NCBI GenBank assembly: GCA_965204735.1
Contig: OZ242008.1
Location: forward strand, 3,264,001 to 3,328,000
DNA: 64,000 nucleotides
Direction: 5' to 3'
Source of the DNA: Longimicrobiales bacterium
Lineage (GTDB): Bacteria; Gemmatimonadota; Gemmatimonadetes; Longimicrobiales; Gaopeijiaceae
Part shown: piece after piece, positions 29,932 to 40,002 of the stretch
Layout: the number at the start of each line of letters is the position of its first letter
Position numbering within the stretch: the stretch's first letter is position 1
Program-made: the position numbers and the translations under genes
Notes under the pieces: model-generated
The model's input: only the letters and a program-made list of their open reading frames with translations
Database searches by the model: none
Told to the model about the DNA's origin: nothing

Positions 29932-31365
29932 ATGCGCGCCCGTTCACACGCGAATGTCCGGTGGTCCCTTGGCCTTCCGCTCCTCGGGGCGGTCCTGGCG
30001 CCCGCCGGCGCACTCTGGCCCTCGACCGGCGCAGAGGCGGCTCAGCAAACGGATCAAGTCATCCCCGGCGTCGAGCTGGGACTCGTCTACGAGACGACCT
30101 ACGTCCCGCCGATCGCGGTGCTGCCCTTCCGCGCCGTCCAAGGCCGCGCGCGCCAAGCCGAGGCCGTCCACGGCATCGTGGCGGGAGACCTGCGCTTCAG
30201 CGACCGCTTCGAGGTGGTCGACTCCCTGCCGGCGCTCTCGGGCGAGGGCGTCGACTACGGTCTCTGGGACGGCCTGGGCGCCGACTGGGTGCTGACCGGC
30301 GTCCTCGAGCGGACGGGGACCGGCGGTTCCGTCCTGGAGATCGAGCTCCACGACATCGTCTTCGCCAGCCTGCGCGAGCGCGCCCGCTTTTCGCTTCCCC
30401 CCGCCGGCGACCCGGACTACCGCTTGGCGGTGCATCGGGCGTCGGACGCGGTGGTGAGTTGGGTCACGGGCGAGCTCGGGATCGCCGCGAGCCGGATCGT
30501 CTTCGCCATGCGGCCTTGGGGCGACCCGGAGGGCGGCAGCAAGGAGCTGTACTCCGTCGACTCCGACGGGGAGAACCTGCAGCGGCTGACGTGGGACGAG
30601 AGCATCGTCGTCTCGCCCACGTGGTCGCCGACGGGGGACCGGATCGCCTACACGTCGTACAAGTCGGGCATCCCCAGGATCTACGAACGGGAGACGGCGA
30701 GCGGCACGGACCGCCCGCTCGAAACGGGACAAGAGGGCCAGCAGATCACGCCCGCCTACCACCCCGACGGCCGCACCATCACCTTCGCCGTCCTGAACGG
30801 CCGGCGGAGCGATCTCCACAGCTACGACGTCCGCCGCGGCTGCTGCTTGTCCGAGCGCCTCAGCAGCGGCTACTACAAGAATCTGCAGCCCACGTACTCG
30901 CAGAGCGGGGACCGGATCGCCTTCACCTCGAACCGGCTGGGCACGCCCACCCCCCAGGTCTACGTCATGTCCGCCGAAGGGGGAGACGCCGAGCTGATCT
31001 CGCCCTACCGCTACGGCGAGCGGAGCTACTTCACCGACCCGGACTGGTCCCCCCTCTCGAGCAAGGTCGCCTTCGCGGGCCGGGTGGACACGGGGCGGAC
31101 CCGCGTCGGCGGCGTCATGCGCTACCAGATCCTGGTCGCCGACCTGGACGCGGGCGCCAACCGCCTCGTCCAGCTGACCCGCGAAGGGAACAACGAAGAC
31201 CCGAGCTGGGGTCCCAACGGACGCCACATCGTCTTCACGGGGGAGCGGCGCAGCGGCCACGGCGTCTTCGTCGTGGACACGGGGACCGGTCGGACCCGCA
31301 CCTTGGTCGCCGGGGTCCGAGCCGAGGACGTGGACTGGTCGCCCCTGCTGTTGCAGCCTCGTTAG
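29932..31365 (+). CDS. tolB: TolB
   Basis: Signal peptide, DLRFSDRF, PD40 repeats (PTWSPTG, PAYHPDG, PSWGPNG). Confidence 0.9.
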   Translation: MRARSHANVRWSLGLPLLGAVLAPAGALWPSTGAEAAQQTDQVIPGVELGLVYETTYVPPIAVLPFRAVQGRARQAEAVHGIVAGDLRFSDRFEVVDSLPALSGEGVDYGLWDGLGADWVLTGVLERTGTGGSVLEIELHDIVFASLRERARFSLPPAGDPDYRLAVHRASDAVVSWVTGELGIAASRIVFAMRPWGDPEGGSKELYSVDSDGENLQRLTWDESIVVSPTWSPTGDRIAYTSYKSGIPRIYERETASGTDRPLETGQEGQQITPAYHPDGRTITFAVLNGRRSDLHSYDVRRGCCLSERLSSGYYKNLQPTYSQSGDRIAFTSNRLGTPTPQVYVMSAEGGDAELISPYRYGERSYFTDPDWSPLSSKVAFAGRVDTGRTRVGGVMRYQILVADLDAGANRLVQLTREGNNEDPSWGPNGRHIVFTGERRSGHGVFVVDTGTGRTRTLVAGVRAEDVDWSPLLLQPR

Positions 31366-31367
31366 TC

Positions 31368-31398
31368 TTGCGACCGTTCCGCCGTTAGCCTATATACT
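31368..31398 (+). promoter_or_regulatory. Putative sigma70-type promoter for pal
   Basis: TTGCGA then an AT-rich TATATACT 17 nt downstream, in a GC-rich background. Confidence 0.4.
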
Positions 31399-31444
31399 AT
31401 TGCGTCGCTCTTCCGCCTCGTGACCCTCATCGACTGGAGAAGGG

Positions 31445-32026
31445 ATGTACAAGACCCGCCTGCTCCTCCTCGCCCCCGCCATGGCCCTTGCTGTGGCCTG
31501 CGCCGGCAACGAACCGGCACCCCCGCCCGCGCCCACCGGACCCACGGCCGAGGAGCTGGAACAACGTAGACTGGACTCCATCGCCCGGGCCGAGGCCGCG
31601 GCCGAGGCCGCCGAGCGAGCCGAGCGGGAGCGGATGGAACGAGAGGCCGCCCGTCTCGCGGAGGCCCGTCGCCAGACCCTCCTCGCAGTCGTCTACTTCG
31701 ACTACGACGAGTCCGCGATCCGGTCGGAGGAACTCGACAAGCTGCGCGACAAGGCGGAGATCCTGCGAAGCAACCCGGACGTCGAGCTTCGCATGGAGGG
31801 CCACGCGGACGAGCGGGGAACGTCCGAGTACAACATCGCCCTGGGCAACGAGCGCGCCGAAGCGGTCATCCAGGCGTTGAGCGGCTTCGGCTTGGCCGCG
31901 GACCGCTTCTCGTCCGTGTCGTACGGGGAAGAGCGTCCGGCGGCCCAGGGCTCCACCGAGTCGGCGTGGGCTCGCAACCGGCGCGTGGAGTTCGTCCTCA
32001 CCGCCGGCGGAGACGAGCTGCGCTAG
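31445..32026 (+). CDS. pal: Peptidoglycan-associated lipoprotein Pal
   Basis: Lipobox AVAC; VYFDYD, EGHADERGTSEYNIALG, SYGEERP and NRRVE motifs. Confidence 0.95.
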   Translation: MYKTRLLLLAPAMALAVACAGNEPAPPPAPTGPTAEELEQRRLDSIARAEAAAEAAERAERERMEREAARLAEARRQTLLAVVYFDYDESAIRSEELDKLRDKAEILRSNPDVELRMEGHADERGTSEYNIALGNERAEAVIQALSGFGLAADRFSSVSYGEERPAAQGSTESAWARNRRVEFVLTAGGDELR

Positions 32027-32097
32027 AAGTGTCGGCGCCGCCGTCGCCCGCGCCGTCGTCGGAGGCTCGGTCGTCGGCCGGACGAAGGGAGGGGTCG

Positions 32098-32952
32098 GTG
32101 TCGTTCGCGGTAGGCCGTTCTTGCCGATGGGCCGCCGTCGCCGTCTTGGCGGCGGTCGCGTTGGGGTGCGCCACTTCGCAGGACGTGGCGGAGGTGCGCA
32201 ACGAGGTGCGGGTCATGGCCGCCCGCCAGGACTCGGCCTTCCGAGCGTTGATGCGAATCGTGGCCGGGCACGACCAAGCCCTCCTGGATTCGCTTCGCAG
32301 CGTGTCGGAGGAGCTCTTCGACTTCAGGGGCGACGTCAACCAGCGCCTTCAGTCCGTTCAGGAACAGCAGCTTCGAGTGGGCGAGCTGGTGGGTCAGAGC
32401 CAACGCAGCCTCCAGGACTTGCAGGGCGAGGTGAACGCCCAGCGACTGGCGATGGAGCGGGAGCGGGCCGCCCGACTCGCCGCCGAGGCGAACTCGGCCC
32501 AGGAGGAAGGCGACCCCGACGCCCCCGACGACCCTTCGCCCGGAGAAGAAGCGACGCCCAGCGACCCGGACGCCCCCGACCCGGCCGAGGAACTCTACGC
32601 CGCCGCCGCGAGCACCTTGGACCGAGGCAACTTCGCCACGGCGCAGCGGGGCTTCGAGCAGTTCGTGACCGAGCACCCCAACCACGAGCTCGCGCCCTTG
32701 GCCCACCTCCATCTGGGAGAGTTGGCCAGCAACGAGGATCAGCTCCAGGAAGCCATCGACCACTACCTCAAGGTCCTGGAGCTCTTCCCGGCGGCAGACG
32801 CGGTGCCCGACGCCCTGTACCGCATCGGCGTGCTGCACCTCGAACTCGAGAACTGCGACGAGGCGACCCAGTACCTGAGCCGCGTCGTCAACTCCTATGG
32901 AGAGCATCGGCTGGCCTCCCGGGCCGAAGAACGGCTGGGGGAATGCCCGTGA
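32098..32952 (+). CDS. cpoB: CpoB/YbgF TPR lipoprotein
   Basis: RBS GGGAGG, lipobox ALGC, coiled coil plus TPRs, located after pal. Confidence 0.8.
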   Translation: MSFAVGRSCRWAAVAVLAAVALGCATSQDVAEVRNEVRVMAARQDSAFRALMRIVAGHDQALLDSLRSVSEELFDFRGDVNQRLQSVQEQQLRVGELVGQSQRSLQDLQGEVNAQRLAMERERAARLAAEANSAQEEGDPDAPDDPSPGEEATPSDPDAPDPAEELYAAAASTLDRGNFATAQRGFEQFVTEHPNHELAPLAHLHLGELASNEDQLQEAIDHYLKVLELFPAADAVPDALYRIGVLHLELENCDEATQYLSRVVNSYGEHRLASRAEERLGECP

Positions 32953-33011
32953 AGGCCCGCGCGCACTGACGCCACCGGCAAGGCCGGACTAGGATTCCGC
33001 GGAACTGGATC

Positions 33012-33539
33012 ATGCAGTGCCCCCGTTGCCGGTCGATCTCGAATCGGGTGGTGGACTCGCGCGCGGCCCGGGAGGGCAGGGCCATTCGGCGACGGCGCGA
33101 GTGCGTGGAGTGCGGGCGCCGGTTCACCACGTACGAGTCGTTGGAGGAGCGGCCGCTTCAGGTGCTCAAGCGGGACCGCAGCGCCGAGGAGTTTCAGAGA
33201 GAGAAGGTGCGGGCGGGGATCGCCACGGCGTGCGCCAAGCGGCCCGTGTCGTCGAGCCAGATGGAGGCCCTGGTGGACAGGGTCGAGGACGCGGTGTCGG
33301 AGTCGGCCGGAGTCGAGGTCCCCTCGTCTGAGATCGGCAAGCTCGTGATGGAGGGGCTGAAGCCGCTGGACCGGGTCGCCTACATTCGGTACGCCTCCGT
33401 GTATCGGAAGTTCGAGGACATCGAAGAGTTCCAGGAGATGGTGGACGAACTCAACGTGAGAGAGCGACGCGACCTCCACGCCCGCTTCCAGGCCGAGCTC
33501 CCGCTGGCCGGGACCGCCGGGCCGGGACCTAGCCGATGA
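33012..33539 (+). CDS. nrdR: Transcriptional repressor NrdR
   Basis: CPRC..VVDSR..IRRRREC..C..RFTTYE; ATP cone; YIRYASVYR. Confidence 0.97.
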   Translation: MQCPRCRSISNRVVDSRAAREGRAIRRRRECVECGRRFTTYESLEERPLQVLKRDRSAEEFQREKVRAGIATACAKRPVSSSQMEALVDRVEDAVSESAGVEVPSSEIGKLVMEGLKPLDRVAYIRYASVYRKFEDIEEFQEMVDELNVRERRDLHARFQAELPLAGTAGPGPSR

Positions 33540-34501
33540 GCCCGCTCAAGGGAGTGCTCGAGCACGGCCTCTTCGGCCGGAAGGGGAACAACCCCAAAGC
33601 GGAGATGCCCTTTCTGGAGCACCTGGAAGAGCTGCGATGGAGGCTGCTCTGGAGCCTGCTGGCCGTAATCGCCGGCACCGCCCTCGGAATGGCGCTCGTC
33701 CACTACTTCGACGTCTTCACGCTCCTGATCGCGCCGTACCGGGAGATCTTCGGCGAAGACAGCGGGCTGATCTACCTGAAGCCCGCGGACTCGTTCTTCA
33801 TCTTCCTGCAGCTGTCGCTGGCGATCGGCCTGGTCCTGGCGGCGCCGATCGTCGTCTACCACACGTGGTCGTTCCTCGCGCCCGCCCTCGACCAGCGGGA
33901 GAAGCGGGCCATCGTCCCGGCGCTCTACCTGGGCCTGCTTCTCTTCCTGGCGGGCGTGGCGATGGCCTACTTCGTCGCCCTGGACGTGTCGCTGCGCTTC
34001 CTCAGCAACATCCTGTCGGACATTCTGGAGCCCACGTACACGGCAACCGCCTACTTCGGCTTCGTCGTCAGATTGCTGTTGGCGTTCGGGGTCGTCTTCG
34101 AGCTGCCGGTGGTGGTGATGATCCTCAGCGCCTTGGGGCTCGTCACTCCGGCGTTCCTCCGGTCCCAGCGCCGCTGGGCGGTCGTCCTGATCACGGTCGT
34201 GGCAGCCTTGCTCTCGCCCGGCGACATCATATGGCTGACCGTCTTGATGATGTTCCCAATGTTCCTTCTCTACGAGTTTAGCATCCTTCTCTCGGAGTTG
34301 ATGTGGCGAAAGCGGGACGCGCACCGAGGAGACGCCGGGCCGGCGGAAGAAGACCCGCCCCCGCGCCCGACGCCGCCGGAAGACGCGGTTGCCGAGACCG
34401 CCGACCCGGCCGCGGAGACGGCCGACCCGCCCGAGGACGATCCCTACACCCACGGAGACCCGGCCCGGGAGCAGGACTCGCGTGACCCCTCCGGCGAGTA
34501 G
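33536..34501 (+). CDS. tatC: Twin-arginine translocase TatC
   Basis: EMPFLEHLEELRWRL, FLAPAL and FGVVFELP motifs. Confidence 0.95.
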   Translation: MSPLKGVLEHGLFGRKGNNPKAEMPFLEHLEELRWRLLWSLLAVIAGTALGMALVHYFDVFTLLIAPYREIFGEDSGLIYLKPADSFFIFLQLSLAIGLVLAAPIVVYHTWSFLAPALDQREKRAIVPALYLGLLLFLAGVAMAYFVALDVSLRFLSNILSDILEPTYTATAYFGFVVRLLLAFGVVFELPVVVMILSALGLVTPAFLRSQRRWAVVLITVVAALLSPGDIIWLTVLMMFPMFLLYEFSILLSELMWRKRDAHRGDAGPAEEDPPPRPTPPEDAVAETADPAAETADPPEDDPYTHGDPAREQDSRDPSGE

Positions 34502-37500
34502 GAGAGCCGGCAGCCCTGCCGAGCGCCGACGGGGGACGACGGCTCCTCGGGTTCGGCGCGGGCTCGGCCCCTTGCAGCGCCTCGACCCGTTCCGGCGACC
34601 CAGCCCCCGGCGGCCCGCCCTCCCGGCGCGGCGGGAACGGCCAGACCATGGACATCCCCCGTTTCGGCGGCCCAGCTCCCGGCCCCCCGCCCCCGAGGCG
34701 TGGCGGGAACGGCCAGACCGTGGACATCACCCGTTCCGGCGGCCCAGCCTCCGGCCCCCCGCCCTCCCGGCGTCGATCTTCGGCGCCGGCGCCGTCGCCG
34801 CGCTTGCGCTCGCGCCGTTCTCGGCGTCCGTCCCGGTCGGCGGCCCGGCCAGCTTCTTCGGCGCCGCCTCCCTGGCCGCCCAGGAGGCCGAGCTGAGCGA
34901 CTCGCTGCAGGACGCGCTCAGAATGCGCCTGGAGCGCGTCGCCCGTCGTCTCGGCGACTCGACGGGCCTCCTCCCCGACTCGCTCGACGCCGGCTCGGGG
35001 CTCGACGGCTCGGCCTCGGACTCCGTCCTGCAGGCGCTTCTCTCCCTCCCCGGATACGACGTGGTCCAGTACCGCGGCCACTCCGCCAACTTCGAGACCG
35101 AGTCCCGCGTGCTCACCCTCGAGGGCGCCGACGGGACCGAGGCGCTCTTGACCCGGGAGGGGATGGAGCTGGCCGCCGACTCGGCGCTGGTCTTCGACGA
35201 GAAGGCGGGCCGGCTGGTGACGATGGGCCAGGAGGCGAAGTACCGACCGGAGCAGGGCGAAGAGGTGCTGACCCGCCGACTGATCTTCGACGTCGGCGAG
35301 AACCGGGGGACGGCCACCGACGTTCGCACCCGCATGAACGCCGGGATGGGGGAGTGGATCGTCAGGGGCGACTTCCCGTCGGTGAGCCAGGACGTGGCGT
35401 TCGGCCACGACGTGATCTTCACCAGCTGCGAGGAGGACGAGCCTCACTACCACTTCCTGGCCAGGGAGCTCAAGGTGAGCCCCGGCGGCACCTTGGTGGC
35501 CAGGGGCGTCTGGCTGTACTTCGCCGACGTGCGCGTCTTCCCGCTGCCGTTCCTTGCCCAGAGCACCGAACGGGGACGCCGGCGAGGGCTCCTGCCGATC
35601 CAGTTCTCGGTCAACGACATCGTCCGCGCGTCCAGCAACTACTCCCGCCGCATCTCCAACCTGGGCTACTACTTCCCGCTCGGCGACTACGCCGACGCCC
35701 AGGTGGCCTTCGACTGGTGGAGCGGCAACTACATGGGGCTCAACGGCCGCCTTCGGTACAACTGGTCCCGCCAGTTCCTTCAGGGCAACGCGAACTTCCG
35801 TCAGTTCTGGCGCACCGGCGGCGGAACCGAGCTGGCCTTCGACACCAACCACGAGTGGGAGATCTCGGAGCGCTCCCGGCTCAGCGTGTCGGCGCGCTAC
35901 GCGTCGAGCGCCGACTTCGTGCGCCGCAACTCCTTCGACCCCCGAGAGGTCACCCAGTCGATCGACTCGGAAGGGGGGTTCAGCCGCCGCTTCGACTGGG
36001 GACAGGTCTCGGTCAGCGCCAGCCGCCGGCAGTTCCTCTCCGACGACCGGGTCGAGGCGACCCTTCCCACCGCCAACGTCTCGGTTTCCACGATCACCCT
36101 CTTCCCTGCGCCGCCGAACCGGTCCCGCTTCTACAACAACGCGACCTGGTCCGCCTCCGGACGCTTCTCCCGTTCGATCCGCGACGAGCCTGCCCCGCCT
36201 GCCGGCGAGCCCTTCGACTTCGGGCGGGCCGACAAGCAGACCTTGCGGGGCGGCCTCAACACAGCGCTGTCCGCCGGCGCTCTCAAGATCTCCCAGAGCG
36301 TGGAGTGGAACCGCAACACGACCCTCGATCTTCCGGTGGACTTCTTCGACCCTGCCGACGGGGCGCCGGCGGGGGGGATCGGAAGCGTGGCCGACCTGCA
36401 GCGCTCCGTCTTCTTTCAGCAGGCGGGAACCTCCGAGACGAGCGACTTCAGCGCCCAGGAACTCACGTGGTCCACCAGCGTCGACTGGCAGCAGACGCTG
36501 GTCGGCTCCACGACCCTCACGCCGAGCGCGTCGTTCTCCGGCCGCTCCATCCGCTCCGACACGGCCACGGCCGCCGGAGGAGGGTTCGTCGGCGCGCCCA
36601 CCCGAATCGCCTTCGGGGCCCAGCTCAAGTCGGACATCTACGGCTTCTACCGCGGCGGCGCCCTGCGTCACAAGGTGTCGCCGGTCTTCGAGTACAACTA
36701 CTCGCGGGCGACGGAGCCCACGCCGGTCCAGCTGGCCACCTTCGGCAATCGGGCGATCAACCCGAGAAACGAGATTCGGTTCAGCATCACTCAGACCTTT
36801 GAAGCCAAGAAGGGCGGCGAGAGCGCCGACTCGGCCGCTGCCGAGGCGACCGACGACGCCGACGGTCCCCGGCGAGTGCAGGCCGCCGAGAAGGTCATGC
36901 TCCTCGCCCTTCGGACCAGCGCGGTGACGTACGACTTCGAGGAGGCGAGCCGGGCGGGGCACTTCACCCGGGGGTTCGCCGACAACCTGACGCTTTCCCA
37001 TCAGCTCAGCTCCGACTACTTGCGGGGGCTCTCGCTCTCGCTCGACCACGGCGTCTTCGACGATTCGGGGGTGACCGCCGACGGCGGCAGCCGGCGCTTC
37101 GCCCCCTTCCTTTCCAGCGTCAACCTGTCCTTTTCGATGAACAACCAGTCGGGCCTCTTCCGCTGGATCAGAAGGATGGGAGGCGAGGACGACGAGCCGG
37201 AGCCGGAGCCCGGACCGGCGGAAGACGAGGAGCGCCAGCGGGACCCGACCGGCCTGGAGACGGCGGACTTCGGCGACGCCACGGTGGTGCCGGGCATGGG
37301 CGACGACCGCGCCGACGCCGCGCAGCGACAGCGCCCCCGGCAGGGCGACACGGGGAAGTGGGACGCGTCGCTCTCCTACTCGCTGGCCCGCCTGCGGGGC
37401 TCGAACGCGCCTGCCGATCAGATGCTGCAAGGGTCTCTGCGCTTCCAGCCCACGGAGAAGTGGTCGGTGGACTGGAGAACCTCGTACAACGTGGCGGTCG

Positions 37501-37676
37501 GCTCCTTCAACGATCACGTGATCAGGCTGACGCGGGACCTGCACCGCTGGGAGGCCGACTTCGCCTTCCGTCAGACTGCGACCGGCAACTGGAGCTTCAT
37601 GTTCGAAGTCGCCCTCTCCGACAACCGGGACCTGCACTTCGACTACGAGCAGCGAGCGGGGGGCGAGTTCCGGTGA
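34482..37676 (+). CDS. lptD: Putative LPS-assembly protein LptD
   Basis: FTSC...PHYHF, PLPFL and RRRGLL motifs, beta-barrel-like body, LTRDLHRWEA. Start uncertain (GTG 34482 or TTG 34572). Confidence 0.8.
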   Translation: MTPPASRRAGSPAERRRGTTAPRVRRGLGPLQRLDPFRRPSPRRPALPARRERPDHGHPPFRRPSSRPPAPEAWRERPDRGHHPFRRPSLRPPALPASIFGAGAVAALALAPFSASVPVGGPASFFGAASLAAQEAELSDSLQDALRMRLERVARRLGDSTGLLPDSLDAGSGLDGSASDSVLQALLSLPGYDVVQYRGHSANFETESRVLTLEGADGTEALLTREGMELAADSALVFDEKAGRLVTMGQEAKYRPEQGEEVLTRRLIFDVGENRGTATDVRTRMNAGMGEWIVRGDFPSVSQDVAFGHDVIFTSCEEDEPHYHFLARELKVSPGGTLVARGVWLYFADVRVFPLPFLAQSTERGRRRGLLPIQFSVNDIVRASSNYSRRISNLGYYFPLGDYADAQVAFDWWSGNYMGLNGRLRYNWSRQFLQGNANFRQFWRTGGGTELAFDTNHEWEISERSRLSVSARYASSADFVRRNSFDPREVTQSIDSEGGFSRRFDWGQVSVSASRRQFLSDDRVEATLPTANVSVSTITLFPAPPNRSRFYNNATWSASGRFSRSIRDEPAPPAGEPFDFGRADKQTLRGGLNTALSAGALKISQSVEWNRNTTLDLPVDFFDPADGAPAGGIGSVADLQRSVFFQQAGTSETSDFSAQELTWSTSVDWQQTLVGSTTLTPSASFSGRSIRSDTATAAGGGFVGAPTRIAFGAQLKSDIYGFYRGGALRHKVSPVFEYNYSRATEPTPVQLATFGNRAINPRNEIRFSITQTFEAKKGGESADSAAAEATDDADGPRRVQAAEKVMLLALRTSAVTYDFEEASRAGHFTRGFADNLTLSHQLSSDYLRGLSLSLDHGVFDDSGVTADGGSRRFAPFLSSVNLSFSMNNQSGLFRWIRRMGGEDDEPEPEPGPAEDEERQRDPTGLETADFGDATVVPGMGDDRADAAQRQRPRQGDTGKWDASLSYSLARLRGSNAPADQMLQGSLRFQPTEKWSVDWRTSYNVAVGSFNDHVIRLTRDLHRWEADFAFRQTATGNWSFMFEVALSDNRDLHFDYEQRAGGEFR
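34586..34771. repeat. 72-bp tandem repeat, ~2.5 units, in frame with the lptD N-terminus
   Basis: cgggaacggccagaccRtggacatc at 34632 and 34704; PFRRPS...A three times. Confidence 0.9.
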
Positions 37677-37690
37677 CGGCGCTCGGGCCG

Positions 37691-37762
37691 GCTCCCTGCC
37701 GTCCCGGCTCTCGGCCGTCCAGGTTCCCCGCCGTCCAGGAGCCCCCGCCCCCGGGGGACGGC
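37691..37762. repeat. 16-bp-period repeats (gccgtcc x3) plus an inverted copy forming a hairpin
   Basis: gccgtcc at 37698, 37714 and 37730; ggacggc at 37756. Confidence 0.6.
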
Positions 37763-37773
37763 GTTCTTGAACG

Positions 37774-37790
37774 TTGGCACGATGCTTGCA
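37774..37790 (+). promoter_or_regulatory. sigma54 (-24/-12) promoter
   Basis: TTGGCACG-ATGC-TTGCA, exact match to YTGGCACG-N4-TTGCW, intergenic, 60 bp before the ATG. Confidence 0.8.
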
Positions 37791-37849
37791 GTTGATTCGC
37801 TGCCGTGCGGTTCGCTGGGAACCGCCCTCAACAGAACGAGGAGGCGGCA

Positions 37850-38977
37850 ATGGGACGGCGGAGAGTGGTTGCGGCGGCGCTGGCGGCTTTGGCCGCCGGG
37901 TGCGAGGAGGACTTCCTGGTAGTGTCCGACTACCCCGCCGCGCCGGAAGACCTGGAGGGCTCGTACTACGCTCGCGGCGTGGACCTCTCCTGGCGCCTGG
38001 GCGCGACGTGGAGCGGCGCGGCGTTTCGCGTGTACGGGAAGAGGGCGCAGGCCGCGGCCTTCGTCCTGATCGGCGAGACGACGAGCTGCATCGGCGGGTG
38101 GTGCGACTACAGGGACACCAACGTGTCGCCGGGCGTGGTCTACGAGTACTACGTGTCGGCCGTGGACCCGCACTCGGGGTTGGAGACCGAGAGCGACCGC
38201 TCGGTGCAGGTGGCGGTGCCTCACCCGGTGCCGCCGCCGGTTCCCGCGGGCCTGCGGGCGGTCGCACTGGACAACGCCGTGTACCTGCGTTGGGACGACG
38301 AGGCGTCCTCGGAGGAGGACTTCGCCGTCTACCGCGTGTATCAGCGCAGCGCCGACGACCACTTTCTGCTGGGCGAGACCGACTCGCCCGGCTTCGTGGA
38401 CCTCCTGGCCGAGAACGGCGCGACGTACGCCTACATGGTCGCCTCCCTGGACGAGCAGGGACACGAGAGCGACCGTGGTGAAGCCGCCTCCGCGACTCCC
38501 CGGCCCGACTTCGCGGGCGAGCTGGTGTACGCTTTCGCGGACAGCGCCGAGGCGTCGGGGTTCCGTTTTCGTGACACTTCGGCGGCCCAAGCGGTGGTCG
38601 CCGGCGCCGATCCGGCCCGCCACTTCCGCCTCGAGGCGGACTCGGCGGCGCTGTGGCTCGTGCCCGCACCGGGGACCACGGTCCACGTCGAGAGCCGATA
38701 CGCCACGGCCCTCAAGTGCGGTCCGGGATCCGGCTCGGAGTGCGTGTCTTGGGAGGTGGCCCCCAGGACCGGCTACGCCTCGGCGCCGATCGCGGTCGGG
38801 CCGTCGCTGGCCTACGTCTTCCGCACGCTCGACGGCGGCGGGAAGACTCGGTACGGCTTGGTGCGGATCGCCTTCACCGGCGTGGACCAGGTCGACCGCG
38901 AGCTGATCGTCTTCGATTGGGCGTACCAGACCCAGCCGGGCAACCGCAGCCTGGACGTCGGATCGAGCTTCCGCTGA
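37850..38977 (+). CDS. Lipoprotein with fibronectin type III-like domains
   Basis: RBS GAGGAGG, lipobox AAGC; LSW..FRVY..YEYYVSAVD and LRW..YRVY..YAYMVASLD repeats. Confidence 0.7.
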   Translation: MGRRRVVAAALAALAAGCEEDFLVVSDYPAAPEDLEGSYYARGVDLSWRLGATWSGAAFRVYGKRAQAAAFVLIGETTSCIGGWCDYRDTNVSPGVVYEYYVSAVDPHSGLETESDRSVQVAVPHPVPPPVPAGLRAVALDNAVYLRWDDEASSEEDFAVYRVYQRSADDHFLLGETDSPGFVDLLAENGATYAYMVASLDEQGHESDRGEAASATPRPDFAGELVYAFADSAEASGFRFRDTSAAQAVVAGADPARHFRLEADSAALWLVPAPGTTVHVESRYATALKCGPGSGSECVSWEVAPRTGYASAPIAVGPSLAYVFRTLDGGGKTRYGLVRIAFTGVDQVDRELIVFDWAYQTQPGNRSLDVGSSFR

Positions 38978-38994
38978 TCCGCAGCCCTTCCCCG

Positions 38995-40002
38995 GTGATT
39001 CCGGTCGTGGAGGCGGTCCCCAACTTCAGCGAGGGCCGGGACCCCGCCTTCGTGGACGCCGTCGCGGCGGCCTTCGCCGGCGCCGGTTGCGAAGTCCTCC
39101 ACGTCACCGCGGACCCGGACCACCATCGATCCGTGGCGACCGTCGTCGGGCCGCCGGGAGCGGTGGAAGAGGGCGCGGTCTCGGCCGCGGAGCTCGCCCT
39201 GCAGGAGATCGACATGCGACGCCACCAGGGCGTCCACCCGAGGGTGGGAGCCCTGGACGTGCTTCCCGTCGTGCCTCTTCACGGCATCTCCATGGCGGAG
39301 GCGGCGCGCCTGGCTCGCCGCGCGGGCGCCCGGATCGCCCGCCTGGGAGTCCCCGTCTACTTCTACGGTCAGGCGTCGACGCCCCCCGGCAGGCAGCTGG
39401 CTTCGATCCGCCGCGGGGGGTTCGAGGCGCTGGCTGCGGCCGCCGTCGCCGGCTCCGAGCGCAGCCCGGGCTCCTCGGCCTCTCGACGGGAAGCGGACCT
39501 GCCCGGCAGGAACGCCGCCGGCCGGCCCGCGCACCGCTTCGCCCATCCGTCCGCGGGGGCCGTCTGCGTGGGCGCCCGCCCCGTCCTTCTCGCCTGGAAC
39601 GTGGACGTGGAGGGCGTGTCCCTGGCCGACGCCCGTCACGTCGCCGCCGCCCTGCGCGAGTCGGGGGGCGGCTTCGTCGGAGTGCGGGCGATCGGGGTCC
39701 GCCTGCGAAGGCAGGGGCGGCTTCAGGTCTCCATGAACCTGGAGGATCTGGCGGCCACCGACCCCATGGCGGTCTTCCGCGCGATCGAGGGCCTGGTCGG
39801 GCAGCGAGGAGGCCGGGTCGTCGGCGCCGAGGTGATCGGCATGATCCCCGACCCCCTGTCGAACCCCGCTGCGGCCCGGGCCGCGGGCGTCCGCGAGTGG
39901 TCGGAGGACCGGCTGCTCGGCCGCCGACTCTCGGCCTACTTGGCGAAGAGGAGTCCGACCGGGCGCGGCGATGCCGGTGCAGGTATTACCTTTCGTCCAT
40001 GA
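38995..40002 (+). CDS. ftcD: Glutamate formimidoyltransferase (transferase domain only)
   Basis: EAVPNFSEGRD, DPDHHRSV, HQGVHPRVGALDV, IRRGGFE, HPSAGA..VGAR and QVSMNL motifs. Confidence 0.9.
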   Translation: MIPVVEAVPNFSEGRDPAFVDAVAAAFAGAGCEVLHVTADPDHHRSVATVVGPPGAVEEGAVSAAELALQEIDMRRHQGVHPRVGALDVLPVVPLHGISMAEAARLARRAGARIARLGVPVYFYGQASTPPGRQLASIRRGGFEALAAAAVAGSERSPGSSASRREADLPGRNAAGRPAHRFAHPSAGAVCVGARPVLLAWNVDVEGVSLADARHVAAALRESGGGFVGVRAIGVRLRRQGRLQVSMNLEDLAATDPMAVFRAIEGLVGQRGGRVVGAEVIGMIPDPLSNPAAARAAGVREWSEDRLLGRRLSAYLAKRSPTGRGDAGAGITFRP

